Shown here piece by piece: positions 1-8,724 of a DNA stretch of 64,000 nucleotides. Position numbers and translations under genes: made by a program. The notes below the pieces were generated by a model. That model was not told the origin of the DNA. It searched no databases and saw only the letters and a list, made by a program, of their open reading frames with translations. Each line of letters starts with the position of its first letter. Position 1 is the stretch's first letter. Source of the stretch: an uncultured Syntrophomonas sp. (lineage in GTDB: Bacteria > Bacillota > Syntrophomonadia > Syntrophomonadales > Syntrophomonadaceae); assembly GCA_964635975.1 (NCBI GenBank), contig CAZWPO010000017.1, forward strand, positions 970-64,969, given 5' to 3'.

Positions 1-999
1 GATATCTTTCACCAGGCGCGGTTTGAAGTTAGCTTCCTCGTGTTTGTTTATCTCCTGGCCACGATAGTCCGCCACTATATGGATTACCTCCGCGCCGCTG
101 TTTACCAGCTTGGAGACGATGCCTTCAATGCCGCTGATGGCCGGAACGCGGACAATGGTTACCGCATTGCCGATATTTTTAATGCGCTCTTTTATAGCTG
201 CCAGTTTATCCGGCAGGGCATCGTTATAATCAATGGCGACCAGACGGGCGTTCTTGAGAATTTCTTCATACTTGTCAATTTCACCCTCGCTAATAAACGG
301 GATGATATTGGAGCTGTATGTGTTAAGCTCCGGTTTAATATCCGCCGCCGGCAAAATAACGCAGGTGCTGATCTCGCTGGCAGCCCTGGTCAGAGCGAGC
401 ATAACATTTGGGCTTAACTTAACCGGTGGTATATCAAAGAGAATCGGAATAGGGATATCAACGGTGGGATACGGCTGCGTCAGCAGGCAGCCTTCGGCGT
501 CAAAAGCCAGATGGTTATGCTTGCGGCCCAGCTCCACACCGGTGCTGATATATTCACGACCGTGAATTCCGTCACGCGTAGGGCGCACGATTTCCGACAT
601 GTCGGTCCACATGCTGTCAAAGCCTGCCCCGGTAAACGGCCCGCGGTATCCGGCGCCGGTCACGGGAACCTTGCCGTCTTCGGCCTGCTTCCAAAGCGTG
701 AGGAACATATCCGCTTTCCAGTAGGAACCGCTGATATTGACATAATCCTGGTGCAGGGATTTTTCCAGCGCTCCGCGCGGGCATTCCTGAATGCACCTGA
801 AGCAGTTCCGGCATACCACCGTATTGGGGTCCGCCATTTTACGCCGATCGCCTTTTCTTCGCTTATGGGCTTCATAGATACAGACCTTGGTGCACCTTCC
901 GCAGTTGATGCAGTTTTCTCCCCGGGTGATTTTGAACTTATAGAGATATTCCATCTCCAGCGGGGCAAGTTTTGGATGAATATGATATTTCTTTGGCAT
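1..999 (-). CDS. Glutamate-synthase-related FMN/Fe-S protein with N-terminal 2x[4Fe-4S] ferredoxin motifs; the 3' end runs off the window
   Basis: Absent from the ORF track because it has no stop in the window. A reverse-strand ATG at 999-997 opens a frame that stays open to base 1 (333 codons): MPKKYHIHPKLAPLEMEYLYKFKITRGENCINCGRCTKVCIYEAH...CRNCFRCIQECP...GAGYRGPFTGAGFDSMWTDMSEIVRPTRDGIHGREYIST. It has CxxCxxCxxxC(P) motifs and a GltB-domain-2-like block. The + strand ORFs at 40-1041 are antisense shadows. Confidence 0.8.
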   Translation of the reverse strand, partial: MPKKYHIHPKLAPLEMEYLYKFKITRGENCINCGRCTKVCIYEAHKRRKGDRRKMADPNTVVCRNCFRCIQECPRGALEKSLHQDYVNISGSYWKADMFLTLWKQAEDGKVPVTGAGYRGPFTGAGFDSMWTDMSEIVRPTRDGIHGREYISTGVELGRKHNHLAFDAEGCLLTQPYPTVDIPIPILFDIPPVKLSPNVMLALTRAASEISTCVILPAADIKPELNTYSSNIIPFISEGEIDKYEEILKNARLVAIDYNDALPDKLAAIKERIKNIGNAVTIVRVPAISGIEGIVSKLVNSGAEVIHIVADYRGQEINKHEEANFKPRLVKDI

Positions 1000-1037
1000 A
1001 ATCTTTTTCCATCTTTTCTTTATAGTTTTTTTGGTTC

Positions 1038-2906
1038 TTAACCCTTCCTGTCCACCATTTCCCAATATTCCTTGCTTTGATCAACTTTGTTCAGGAAATC
1101 GGCAATCTGTGCATCCGGACGGCCGTATGTCCCTTCAAGCCTTTTTTCCAGCGCATCCCAGAGCATCATGAGCTCAAGGTTGGTCTGGCATATCTCTTCA
1201 CAGCTCTTGCAGTGCATGCACATGAAAGCGAGGGCTGCTTCTTCCGGGGTTACATTTTTTCCTTCCAGCAGTTTTTTGCCCAGGGCCAACTTACCCCTGG
1301 CGGTTATTGCTTCATTGCCGGTTACCAGATAAGCCGGACATACGGCTATACAGTTGCCGCATTTGGCGCAGGCATGTGTGCTGAGCTCGGCATCAAGGCT
1401 GTCGAGCTTCTGGTCTTTACCGAAGATCAATCTGACCATCCTGCCGGTGACTGGTGCTAAGAAGATCATCACCTGCATGCTTATACCTAAGAAGAAGGGA
1501 TGAAAGATCTGGGCCGGAATGTTAAAGAATTTTGATTTTATCGCAAAGAACTTACCTGGATTCATGATATCATTCGGATCGACCCTGGCTTTATAAGCCC
1601 GGAGTTCTTTCTTTTTGTCTTTGCTGTATAAATGATTGATAAAAGAGGCATTCCAGATACCAAGGCCATAAGGTTCGGCGCCCAGGTTTAAAGCCGTCTG
1701 GGTCAACATCGGAACCAGGGCCATATTGAGATAGTATTTCAATTTTCTTGAATCACACAGATAAGGAGTCATCACGAGTGCGTGTTTTTCGTCCAGGATG
1801 TAGGAATCAATACACACTTCCACCCCAAAAGCCTTCCCCATTTTTTGGGCTTTCTCAATAAAGGCAGCCACCTTCTGGATGGGGATGATGGTTTCACTGG
1901 TCAGGATGCTCGGACCCAGGCGTTTGGCTTTGGCGCCAAAGAGACGCTCGTTCCATAAAAAGCTGGCTACATAACTGGGTGCTTCATCGATGCCGGCCAT
2001 TTGTGACAGAAATGTAACAAATTTCTGATCATCATCCGCGCTGCCGAGTTCCACCAGAACAGCGGGACTCTTTTTAAACACATTATCGTGCATGACCTCA
2101 TTGGTGTCGCTCATATGGTTTTCATCCAGGAAGCGGATGACATTCACGCTGATGTTTTCTATCTCTTTACTGTTTACGAAGTCAACGATAAAATCAAAGG
2201 CTGCATACGCATTTTCAAAATAGAGCAGGTGCGAAAAAGACGCCGGCGGGGTTGGTCTGAGGGTGAGGGTTACTTCCACGATGATGCCGAAGACGCCTTC
2301 GGTAGAGATATAATAGGCGAATTCTTTGTCAGCCGGAGTCAGCGTTTTTACTTCACCCGAGGCAGTCACCACGGTCATGGACTGGATCTGCTTTGACAGG
2401 TGGCCATAGCGGAAACTGTTGATACTGTACCCGCCGGTTGCAATCCATCCTGCCACTGTGGAGAATTTGCTTGATGGATAAGTCATCAAGGACAGCCCCT
2501 GCTCTTTTGCCACTATGTCAATATCGCTCCAGCGCGCACCCGCTTCAATTCGGGCAGTCTTTTGTTCCGGGTCGATTTCGATGATTTTTCTGAAAGGTGA
2601 CAGATCCACCACGATCCCGGCCCTGGTGGGGATAACGCCGCCAAATCCCCATGAAGCGGCTCCGCGTGGTATAACCGGGATATTCTTCTCATTGGCAAAA
2701 GCTAAAACCTTTTGGATTTCAGCAACGTTTTTAGGCTGCACCACGAAGGATGGCTGCGTTTTGAATAACATTTTGGTCATGAAAGAGGGTACGTCACCGA
2801 TGTCATGGCTATACATCTCTTTCTCTTCCGGTCTGTCGATAATTTTTATATCGCCTGCAATTCTTCTAAACTCTTCTATTATTTTCATGTTGTACCCATT
2901 TCCCAC
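1038..2906 (-). CDS. FAD-binding (PCMH/GlcD-type) oxidoreductase fused to a C-terminal 4Fe-4S dicluster domain
   Basis: 622-aa ORF. The N-terminal part resembles a FAD-linked oxidase (PVIPRGAASWGFGG, GGYSINSFRYG). The C-terminal part carries CAKCGNCIAVCP and CMHCKSCEEICQ cluster motifs. The start is ambiguous: GTG at 2906 or ATG at 2888. Confidence 0.75.
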   Translation of the reverse strand: MGNGYNMKIIEEFRRIAGDIKIIDRPEEKEMYSHDIGDVPSFMTKMLFKTQPSFVVQPKNVAEIQKVLAFANEKNIPVIPRGAASWGFGGVIPTRAGIVVDLSPFRKIIEIDPEQKTARIEAGARWSDIDIVAKEQGLSLMTYPSSKFSTVAGWIATGGYSINSFRYGHLSKQIQSMTVVTASGEVKTLTPADKEFAYYISTEGVFGIIVEVTLTLRPTPPASFSHLLYFENAYAAFDFIVDFVNSKEIENISVNVIRFLDENHMSDTNEVMHDNVFKKSPAVLVELGSADDDQKFVTFLSQMAGIDEAPSYVASFLWNERLFGAKAKRLGPSILTSETIIPIQKVAAFIEKAQKMGKAFGVEVCIDSYILDEKHALVMTPYLCDSRKLKYYLNMALVPMLTQTALNLGAEPYGLGIWNASFINHLYSKDKKKELRAYKARVDPNDIMNPGKFFAIKSKFFNIPAQIFHPFFLGISMQVMIFLAPVTGRMVRLIFGKDQKLDSLDAELSTHACAKCGNCIAVCPAYLVTGNEAITARGKLALGKKLLEGKNVTPEEAALAFMCMHCKSCEEICQTNLELMMLWDALEKRLEGTYGRPDAQIADFLNKVDQSKEYWEMVDRKG

Positions 2907-2954
2907 GCTGGCTTCACCAACCCTTAGTACTAAATCATATGTTTCATAAAAGGC

Positions 2955-2983
2955 AATAAAAAAACGCCCTAAGATAGGGTTTG
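2955..2983 (-). terminator. Weak candidate intrinsic terminator after arsM
   Basis: The reverse strand reads AACCCTATCTTAGGGCGTTTTTTTATT: a 5-bp stem CCCTA/TAGGG with a 3-nt loop, followed by a T7 run. The stem is short. Confidence 0.3.
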
Positions 2984-3080
2984 AGCATAATCACTGCAAC
3001 AACCTAACTTAAGGACGCCGTTGTCCATAAAATATTCATTTAATCCAATCAATTGATCAATCTAGCTTCGACTTTATTTC

Positions 3081-3110
3081 ACATGCATAACATTTTACAT
3101 GCATAACATT
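3081..3110. repeat. Tandem direct repeat ACATGCATAACATT x2 (14 bp, 2-bp spacer)
   Basis: Read directly: ACATGCATAACATT tt ACATGCATAACATT. Each unit contains the ATGCAT palindrome. Confidence 0.9.
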
Positions 3111-3159
3111 GTTAATACAATAGATAATATGAAGAAATATTGTATACTTTTTAATGCTG

Positions 3160-3225
3160 GACAAATGGTATTCGGTGCTACTCGCTACCGCCATCGGCAC
3201 ACCCATGTATGCCAATATTGTTTGA
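3160..3225 (+). pseudogene. Relic fragment of a second ArsP-like permease gene
   Basis: By hand alignment, 57 of 66 nt are identical to arsP positions 7441-7506. The relic translates DKWYSVLLATAIGTPMYANIV then TGA, against QDKWYSVLLATAIGIPMYADIFG in arsP. No matching ORF lies on either side. Confidence 0.6.
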
Positions 3226-3258
3226 GCCTCCCCCCCTCTCGTCTTCGATCCTTTAGCC

Positions 3259-4077
3259 TTAGCGTCCTTTTTCCGCCTTGATATAGGCGCTGGCAAAAGC
3301 ACTATCTATATCATCAAGATCTACTTCCTCGATAAGCGGTTCAAAGCAGCTGCATAGCGACATGCCGGCAATTAGTTCCTTTGTATAGACCTGCACGGCT
3401 TCAATTTCCAAATGTTCGAATCCGGCCTTTTTCAAAATGCTTTCATATTCCTCAATTTTAAGGGTTCCCCCCAGGCATGATGACCACATGGATGCCTTAT
3501 GGCGCACATGGTCGGGAATGTCTTTTAGCGTGACCACATCAGCAATAGCTAAACGGCCACCCTTTTTTAATACCCTGTAAGCTTCTCTCAAAGCCTTTTC
3601 TTTATCTTCCGAAAGATTGATAACGCAGTTGGACATGATTACATCGACTTTTTCATCTTCCAAAGGAATTTCTTCAATATAGCCTTTCAAAAACTCCACA
3701 TTGGATACGCCCATTCTTCTCTTGTTTTCGTTTGCCAGATCCAGCATATCGTCAGTCATATCGAGACCGTACACTTTTCCGCTTTTCCCGACATAACTGC
3801 TTGCCATCAGCACGTCGATACCGCCCCCGCTGCCCAGATCCAGTACCGTTTCACCTTCCTTGAGGCCAGCCAGCAATAATGGGTTAGCGCAGCCCAGCGA
3901 AGCTTCAACCGCTTTTTGCGGTAGGCTATCTAGATCAATTCTTCCATAGTAGCTGCCAGATAACTTACCATTATCAATTACCGGCGAACAGCCGCAGCCA
4001 CAACTGCTTTTGGTACTAACACTTTTGGCTATATTGCCATACACCTGTTTAACAGATTCTCTAATGTTATTTTCCAC
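3259..4077 (-). CDS. arsM: Arsenite S-adenosylmethionine methyltransferase
   Basis: 272 aa. SAM-binding motif VLDLGSGGGIDV. ArsM-type cysteines are present: N-terminal SSCGCGCSP, SNCVINLSEDK and WSSCLGG. Confidence 0.85.
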   Translation of the reverse strand: MENNIRESVKQVYGNIAKSVSTKSSCGCGCSPVIDNGKLSGSYYGRIDLDSLPQKAVEASLGCANPLLLAGLKEGETVLDLGSGGGIDVLMASSYVGKSGKVYGLDMTDDMLDLANENKRRMGVSNVEFLKGYIEEIPLEDEKVDVIMSNCVINLSEDKEKALREAYRVLKKGGRLAIADVVTLKDIPDHVRHKASMWSSCLGGTLKIEEYESILKKAGFEHLEIEAVQVYTKELIAGMSLCSCFEPLIEEVDLDDIDSAFASAYIKAEKGR

Positions 4078-4095
4078 ACCAAATCACTCCTTAAT

Positions 4096-4548
4096 TTAGC
4101 AGCACAAATTCCTGTCAAAGGCCTCTAAGAGCAACTGTAGGCTCTCTATTACCTGCTCCCGTTTCTCCTGCGGGATGGCATTATAAATCCTCCCGTAGTA
4201 AATGCTCATACTTTCTTCAATGCCGGTGAAAATCTTATTTCCACTTTCGGTAAGAGAAATGTTCACATACCTTCGGTCCTGGGGATCAATATCACGCTTT
4301 ACTAATTCACCATTGACAAGATTATTAACGGTTCTACTCATGGTGCTATTTTCTAAATTCAACATTTCCGCCAGTTCATTTAACGAAATTTCCCGCGACC
4401 TCCCAATCTCAACCAATGCATGACATTGTGCCATAGTGACACCGCAGCATGACATTTCCCGCTCATCCAGGACACCTAATTTCCTTTCCAGTTTCCTTAT
4501 CATCTCTCGCAGCTCCGCCGCATCTTTTTTACTATTTCCCATAAGCAA
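4096..4548 (-). CDS. MarR-family transcriptional regulator
   Basis: 150 aa with a winged-HTH pattern (MAQCHALVEIGRSREISLNELAEMLNLENSTMSRTVNNLVNGELVKRDIDPQDRRYV). It lies 18 bp upstream of arsM on the same strand. Confidence 0.85.
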   Translation of the reverse strand: MLMGNSKKDAAELREMIRKLERKLGVLDEREMSCCGVTMAQCHALVEIGRSREISLNELAEMLNLENSTMSRTVNNLVNGELVKRDIDPQDRRYVNISLTESGNKIFTGIEESMSIYYGRIYNAIPQEKREQVIESLQLLLEAFDRNLCC

Positions 4549-4578
4549 TAACCTCCTGCAACATTATATAATGCATTT

Positions 4579-4593
4579 GTTGTATTATACAAC
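4579..4593. promoter_or_regulatory. Candidate MarR operator, perfect 7-1-7 palindrome GTTGTAT-T-ATACAAC
   Basis: Read directly, 31 nt upstream of the marR start at 4548, in an AT-rich stretch with TATAAT-like hexamers. Confidence 0.4.
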
Positions 4594-4969
4594 TATTTAT
4601 TTATGCAATTATTTTTGTTGCCAAGGAGCATATCGTTTTAAGCATTTGAGCAACAATAGAAGTGCTGTGCCAACGGTTCACCCTTTAATAATTATTGCTT
4701 ATAATTTCACTAAGGCATCCTTATTACCGGTCCACTTTCATTTCATAATGGTTGTTGAGCGAGCGCTTCTCCAAGACGAATTTAAAAGTTCAGAAGTGCA
4801 CCCAATCTGCAGATGGTGCCTGGCAGAAATATCTGTGCTTTACGAGCGATCGATCCACTGTGTTAGCGAAGGAGAATCTTGTTCATCATGCACCGGCAAT
4901 CGTTCTGCTTAATATATACTCGTGTAGGTTGAATATTGTTTTACCAAAACTTCTTGTTCGTGACCAGCA

Positions 4970-5404
4970 TTAGCTGCTTTGTGAAATGATCTGGTCAACC
5001 TTGCTAGCGATTTCTTCGGCTACTAGATTTACCAGGATCTTATCCTCTTCACTTAATTTTTGCGGATCTCCAGTTAGTTTGGCCCCATTACGTTCCAAGA
5101 TTTCACTAACTACCAACGAAATAACCGGTCTTCCCCCCAGTTTTTCCGCCGTGGTCGCGCAGCATCGCTTGTTACATCCATCCAGAGTGATCGTTGCCAT
5201 CCGATGGGTAAATGTGCGCTGCTTCTCATCCCCGACCAAAAACAATGGCAGGCACATAGTTATGGTCTGACCAGGGCGCAGTTCCTCCAATACTTTTCGA
5301 CAGGCAAATCTACTAAGTGTTCCCTCGCAAATCTCTTCCCCGTTACAGGGGACTATAGCCACCCGGGTAGGCTTTCTCTCCGTGTTTATGCTGATCCCCG
5401 CCAT
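4970..5404 (-). CDS. DGC-domain (putative zinc-binding) protein
   Basis: 144 aa with VAIVPCNGEE...ITLDGCNKRCC. The Cys pattern and the DGC motif are typical of the DGC domain family. Confidence 0.7.
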   Translation of the reverse strand: MAGISINTERKPTRVAIVPCNGEEICEGTLSRFACRKVLEELRPGQTITMCLPLFLVGDEKQRTFTHRMATITLDGCNKRCCATTAEKLGGRPVISLVVSEILERNGAKLTGDPQKLSEEDKILVNLVAEEIASKVDQIISQSS

Positions 5405-5406
5405 GA

Positions 5407-5811
5407 TTACTCACCCTCCTCAATAAGCCAATCCACGTGGGCAGCTACCTGATCAGCCATCAATTCCACCAGTCTCTTCCCATCTTGTCCGAGTTTCAAA
5501 ATCCCTTCAGGGTGCAGTTCAGGATGGTCATCTAAAAGACTCGCAACATGCAGCGCACAATCAACATTTTCTCCTATTCTCTCCACACTTTTACGGGCGC
5601 AGTCATCCGGACAGCCATCTAAAGTAATTATAAAATTGTTCCGTACCGTACACACCGTTTCTGGGTCGCCGATCATCAGGCGTCCCAGGCAGGCGATTTC
5701 GGTATTGTCGGCACGCAGGCTTTTTACGATTTGATAGGCTGCTTGACGCCCAATTTCCCCAGAAGTCTTACCGATACCGCTGCAAGGCAATATCAAAACC
5801 TTTTTTGCCAT
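5407..5811 (-). CDS. DGC-domain (putative zinc-binding) protein, paralogue of the adjacent gene
   Basis: 134 aa with VLILPCSGIGK...ITLDGCPDDCARK. It is separated by 2 bp from the downstream DGC gene. Confidence 0.7.
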   Translation of the reverse strand: MAKKVLILPCSGIGKTSGEIGRQAAYQIVKSLRADNTEIACLGRLMIGDPETVCTVRNNFIITLDGCPDDCARKSVERIGENVDCALHVASLLDDHPELHPEGILKLGQDGKRLVELMADQVAAHVDWLIEEGE

Positions 5812-5965
5812 TTATTTCACCTCCCGCTTTCTTTTCCGCCAAAAAATAAATTTCTGTACAGCATTAAGTCCGCATAGTAAAAAGCCTTTTAATTAGGAAG
5901 CAAAAGAGTATAATATAAGTATATCATTATATAAGGCGCGGCATATAGAGTTGGGAGGAAATATT

Positions 5966-6364
5966 ATGATCAATCAAACCAGTTCGCTATTTAAAGCACT
6001 CGGGGAACCAACCAGGCTCAAAATAATGAAATTCCTTTCTCTCCAGGAGCTATGTATATGCGAACTGGTTGCGATTCTCAATATGAGTCAACCCCGCATA
6101 TCCCAACACGTTAAGGTCTTAAAACAGGCTGGGCTAATTAAAGAACGCAAGGACAAACAGAAGTCATATTTCAGTCTTGATAAGGAAATTATTAGCGGTA
6201 GTCTCATCAAACCCTGGACTTCATTCTTACAATGCTCTTTGGACAGCATTTCTGAATTATCGGAAGAACATCAAAGGTACCTGCAGTTGGAGAGCAATGA
6301 AACAGTCCAGGCATGCAAGAAGGGATGCCAAATAGAATCATCCGAGCTTAAACAGATAATATAA
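5966..6364 (+). CDS. arsR: ArsR/SmtB-family metalloregulator
   Basis: FKALGEPTRLKIMKFLSLQELCICELVAILNMSQPRISQHVKVLKQAGLIKERKD contains the ELCxCEL metal-site motif and an HTH. ATG at 5966 follows a GGGAGG RBS. The track ORF begins at an upstream TTG at 5951. Confidence 0.85.
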   Translation: MINQTSSLFKALGEPTRLKIMKFLSLQELCICELVAILNMSQPRISQHVKVLKQAGLIKERKDKQKSYFSLDKEIISGSLIKPWTSFLQCSLDSISELSEEHQRYLQLESNETVQACKKGCQIESSELKQII

Positions 6365-6391
6365 AAAGAATTTAGTGGGGAGGTAGTAAAC

Positions 6392-6631
6392 GTGGAAATC
6401 AAGGTCTTAGGTCCGGGTTGCTCCAGATGTGAAAATCTAGCAAAAGAGGTCCGCAATGCCCTGGCGGAGTTGGATGTGCCTGCAGATTTAACAAAGGTTA
6501 AGGACATCCAGCAGATTATGGCTTATAAAATCATGTCCACCCCCGCCCTGGTAATCAATGACAAAGTTAAGGTGGCCGGCAGGGTTCCCAAGCGCGATGA
6601 GATCAAGAAGTATATCCGGGAGGAAATGTAA
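6392..6631 (+). CDS. Thioredoxin-fold redox-active disulfide protein (CxxC)
   Basis: 79 aa beginning MEIKVLGPGCSRCENL. GTG start after a GGGGAGG RBS. This small thioredoxin-like type is commonly paired with ArsR and the DUF318 permease. Confidence 0.75.
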   Translation: MEIKVLGPGCSRCENLAKEVRNALAELDVPADLTKVKDIQQIMAYKIMSTPALVINDKVKVAGRVPKRDEIKKYIREEM

Positions 6632-6705
6632 TCAAGTCAGAATAACGTGGTTATTGATCGATTATAGAACCTGTCCTTAATCCAACCGGTTAACTAACAG
6701 AATGA

Positions 6706-7722
6706 ATGGGTGATATTATGAATATATTCAAGTTTTTAAATGATCAGTTATTGAAAATGCAGTGGCTCAGCGAACTGGTCCGTTCATTAGTTGAGAATGT
6801 GTTTGGACTGGATATCAATAGCCGTCTGGGAGGCAGTGTTCATTTTTTCATCTATGATATTATTAAAATATTTATCCTCTTAACGGTCCTCATCTACCTG
6901 GTGTCCTATATCCAAAGCTATTATCCCCCGGAGCGGACCCGGGCCATTTTGGGACGTTTCAAAGGTCTGCCTGGCAATAGCTTGGGTGCACTATTGGGGA
7001 CTATCACTCCATTTTGTTCCTGTTCTTCTATCCCTCTTTTTATCGGTTTTACCAGCGCAGGACTACCCCTCGGAGTAACCTTTTCCTTTCTACTTTCTTC
7101 GCCCTTTGTAGATTTGGCATCCATGATCCTCCTGGCCAGCATCTTCAACTGGAAGATAGCCATTGTCTATGTTGTGGTAGGAGTGCTGTTAGCCATAACC
7201 GGGGGAACTATTATCAGTAAGATGAGCGTGGAACAATACGTGGCACCGTTTGTTTTCCATCAACAAATTTCCGAATATGAGGAACAAACGATGACCCGCC
7301 GAGAAAGAATGGCATACGCTCGAGATCAGGTAACTGACATAGTGAAACGGATTTGGATCTATCTAGTATTGGGCGTTTTAATTGGAGCGGCAATCCACAA
7401 CTGGATTCCAGAGAAATTTATTTCCGCCTTGCTCGGTCAAGACAAGTGGTATTCAGTGCTGCTCGCTACCGCCATAGGCATACCCATGTATGCCGACATT
7501 TTTGGAGCCCTGCCCATCGCTGAAGCTCTGGTACACCGAGGTGTGGGGGTAGGGACAGTACTGGCTTTCATGATGGCGGTAACTGCTATATCTCCGCCTT
7601 CATTGATAATGCTCAACCAGGTAGTTAAATCCAAACTGATGGGAATATTTATAGGGATAGTAATTGCAGGCATTATAATCATCGGCTATGTCCTTAATCT
7701 GTTCAATGCTCTTCTGGTATAA
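6706..7722 (+). CDS. arsP: DUF318/UPF0718 permease, ArsP-type organoarsenical efflux permease
   Basis: 338 aa, multi-pass membrane protein with the TPFCSCSSIPLF motif (vicinal Cys pair). An alternative ATG lies at 6718. Confidence 0.7.
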   Translation: MGDIMNIFKFLNDQLLKMQWLSELVRSLVENVFGLDINSRLGGSVHFFIYDIIKIFILLTVLIYLVSYIQSYYPPERTRAILGRFKGLPGNSLGALLGTITPFCSCSSIPLFIGFTSAGLPLGVTFSFLLSSPFVDLASMILLASIFNWKIAIVYVVVGVLLAITGGTIISKMSVEQYVAPFVFHQQISEYEEQTMTRRERMAYARDQVTDIVKRIWIYLVLGVLIGAAIHNWIPEKFISALLGQDKWYSVLLATAIGIPMYADIFGALPIAEALVHRGVGVGTVLAFMMAVTAISPPSLIMLNQVVKSKLMGIFIGIVIAGIIIIGYVLNLFNALLV

Positions 7723-7846
7723 TGGTTCGGAGGATCGATCAGCGGCAACCTATTCCGATCCAATACAGTAGCATAAGAAAAAATGAATACGCGTTGTTAT
7801 TAATAAATAAAAAATCCTCCCGCTGGGAGGATTCAGACCGTTAAAA

Positions 7847-8434
7847 TCATTTGTCTGGCAAGCCAGCTATCAGCTTGCGCACATCGCTCAACATGGCCTT
7901 TCTCTCATCATCACTGATAGTAGGAACTGAATATAAACAGCAGAGCTGGTAACTCTGAAATCCGGAAAACCCAAAGAGCGCATTGACCAGCGATGTTTCC
8001 AGGGTCCGCAGCATGCCGCTCTTCTCGGCCATTTCCCTGCTGGCTCCGCAGGTGGTCACCAAAAGACCGGTTTTCCCCTTCAGCAACCCCTCCGGCCCCT
8101 TATCTCCGTATTTATAAGCAAATCCCAAACTAAAGACGCGGTCCATGTACCCTTTTAGGATAGCCGGCACTGAATGCCACCACACCGGCGCCACCATTAC
8201 TACCAGATCCGCCCAGCTTATATCTCCCTGCTCTGTTTTGATATCTTCTGTTATCTGCCCCGTGTGATAGCCCTGAAAGTCTTGATCGGATAGTACTGGA
8301 TTCCAGTCCATAGCATACAGGTCCTTAAGTTTGACCGGCCACCCCCGTTTGCCGGCCTCTTCATCGATGACTTTTGCCAGGGCCGCGTTAAAGCTCAGCG
8401 GGTTTGGGTGAGCATACAATATAACAGTGTTCAA
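7847..8434 (-). CDS. Flavodoxin-like-fold NAD(P)H dehydrogenase (quinone)
   Basis: 195 aa: MNTVILYAHPNPLSFNAAL...VMVAPVWWHSVPAILKGYMDRVF. Confidence 0.8.
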   Translation of the reverse strand: MNTVILYAHPNPLSFNAALAKVIDEEAGKRGWPVKLKDLYAMDWNPVLSDQDFQGYHTGQITEDIKTEQGDISWADLVVMVAPVWWHSVPAILKGYMDRVFSLGFAYKYGDKGPEGLLKGKTGLLVTTCGASREMAEKSGMLRTLETSLVNALFGFSGFQSYQLCCLYSVPTISDDERKAMLSDVRKLIAGLPDK

Positions 8435-8724
8435 GAAACCACCTCCTGACTATTGATCATTAAGTTAGCTTGCCCTAAATAGCGTCTAAATATTCCAGAT
8501 GGTAATTGCCGGGATTTCTCGTTTTCGGGCACTAATATGTTTGTCAATAACGGGAATGCAAATACTCTTAAGCATTGAGAGACTGGGCCGCTGTTTCAGC
8601 ACACCGCTGCAACGAGACATGATACCCATTTATGAAGCCGTATCTTTCAGCCTTATTATAGTAGGTCTGATGTAATTGTATTATAATCTTGCTAAAAGAA
8701 AACTTCAAAGCGGGGAAGCAAATA

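Noticed and set aside
40-1041. Three + strand track ORFs (40-417, 233-565, 511-1041) and two short reverse-strand ORFs
   Set aside because: All overlap the long reverse-strand frame at 999-1, which encodes a recognisable ferredoxin/glutamate-synthase-like protein. Their translations have no recognisable motifs and are antisense or off-frame shadows.
4436-4912. 158-aa + strand ORF whose tail (from ATG 4748) has a zinc-ribbon-like pattern CRWC...CVSEGESCSSC, in the gap between the DGC genes and marR
   Set aside because: No RBS precedes any candidate start. The N-terminal part is antisense to marR and low-complexity, and the Cys pattern alone is weak evidence. It is worth a quick tblastn search, but I do not call it.
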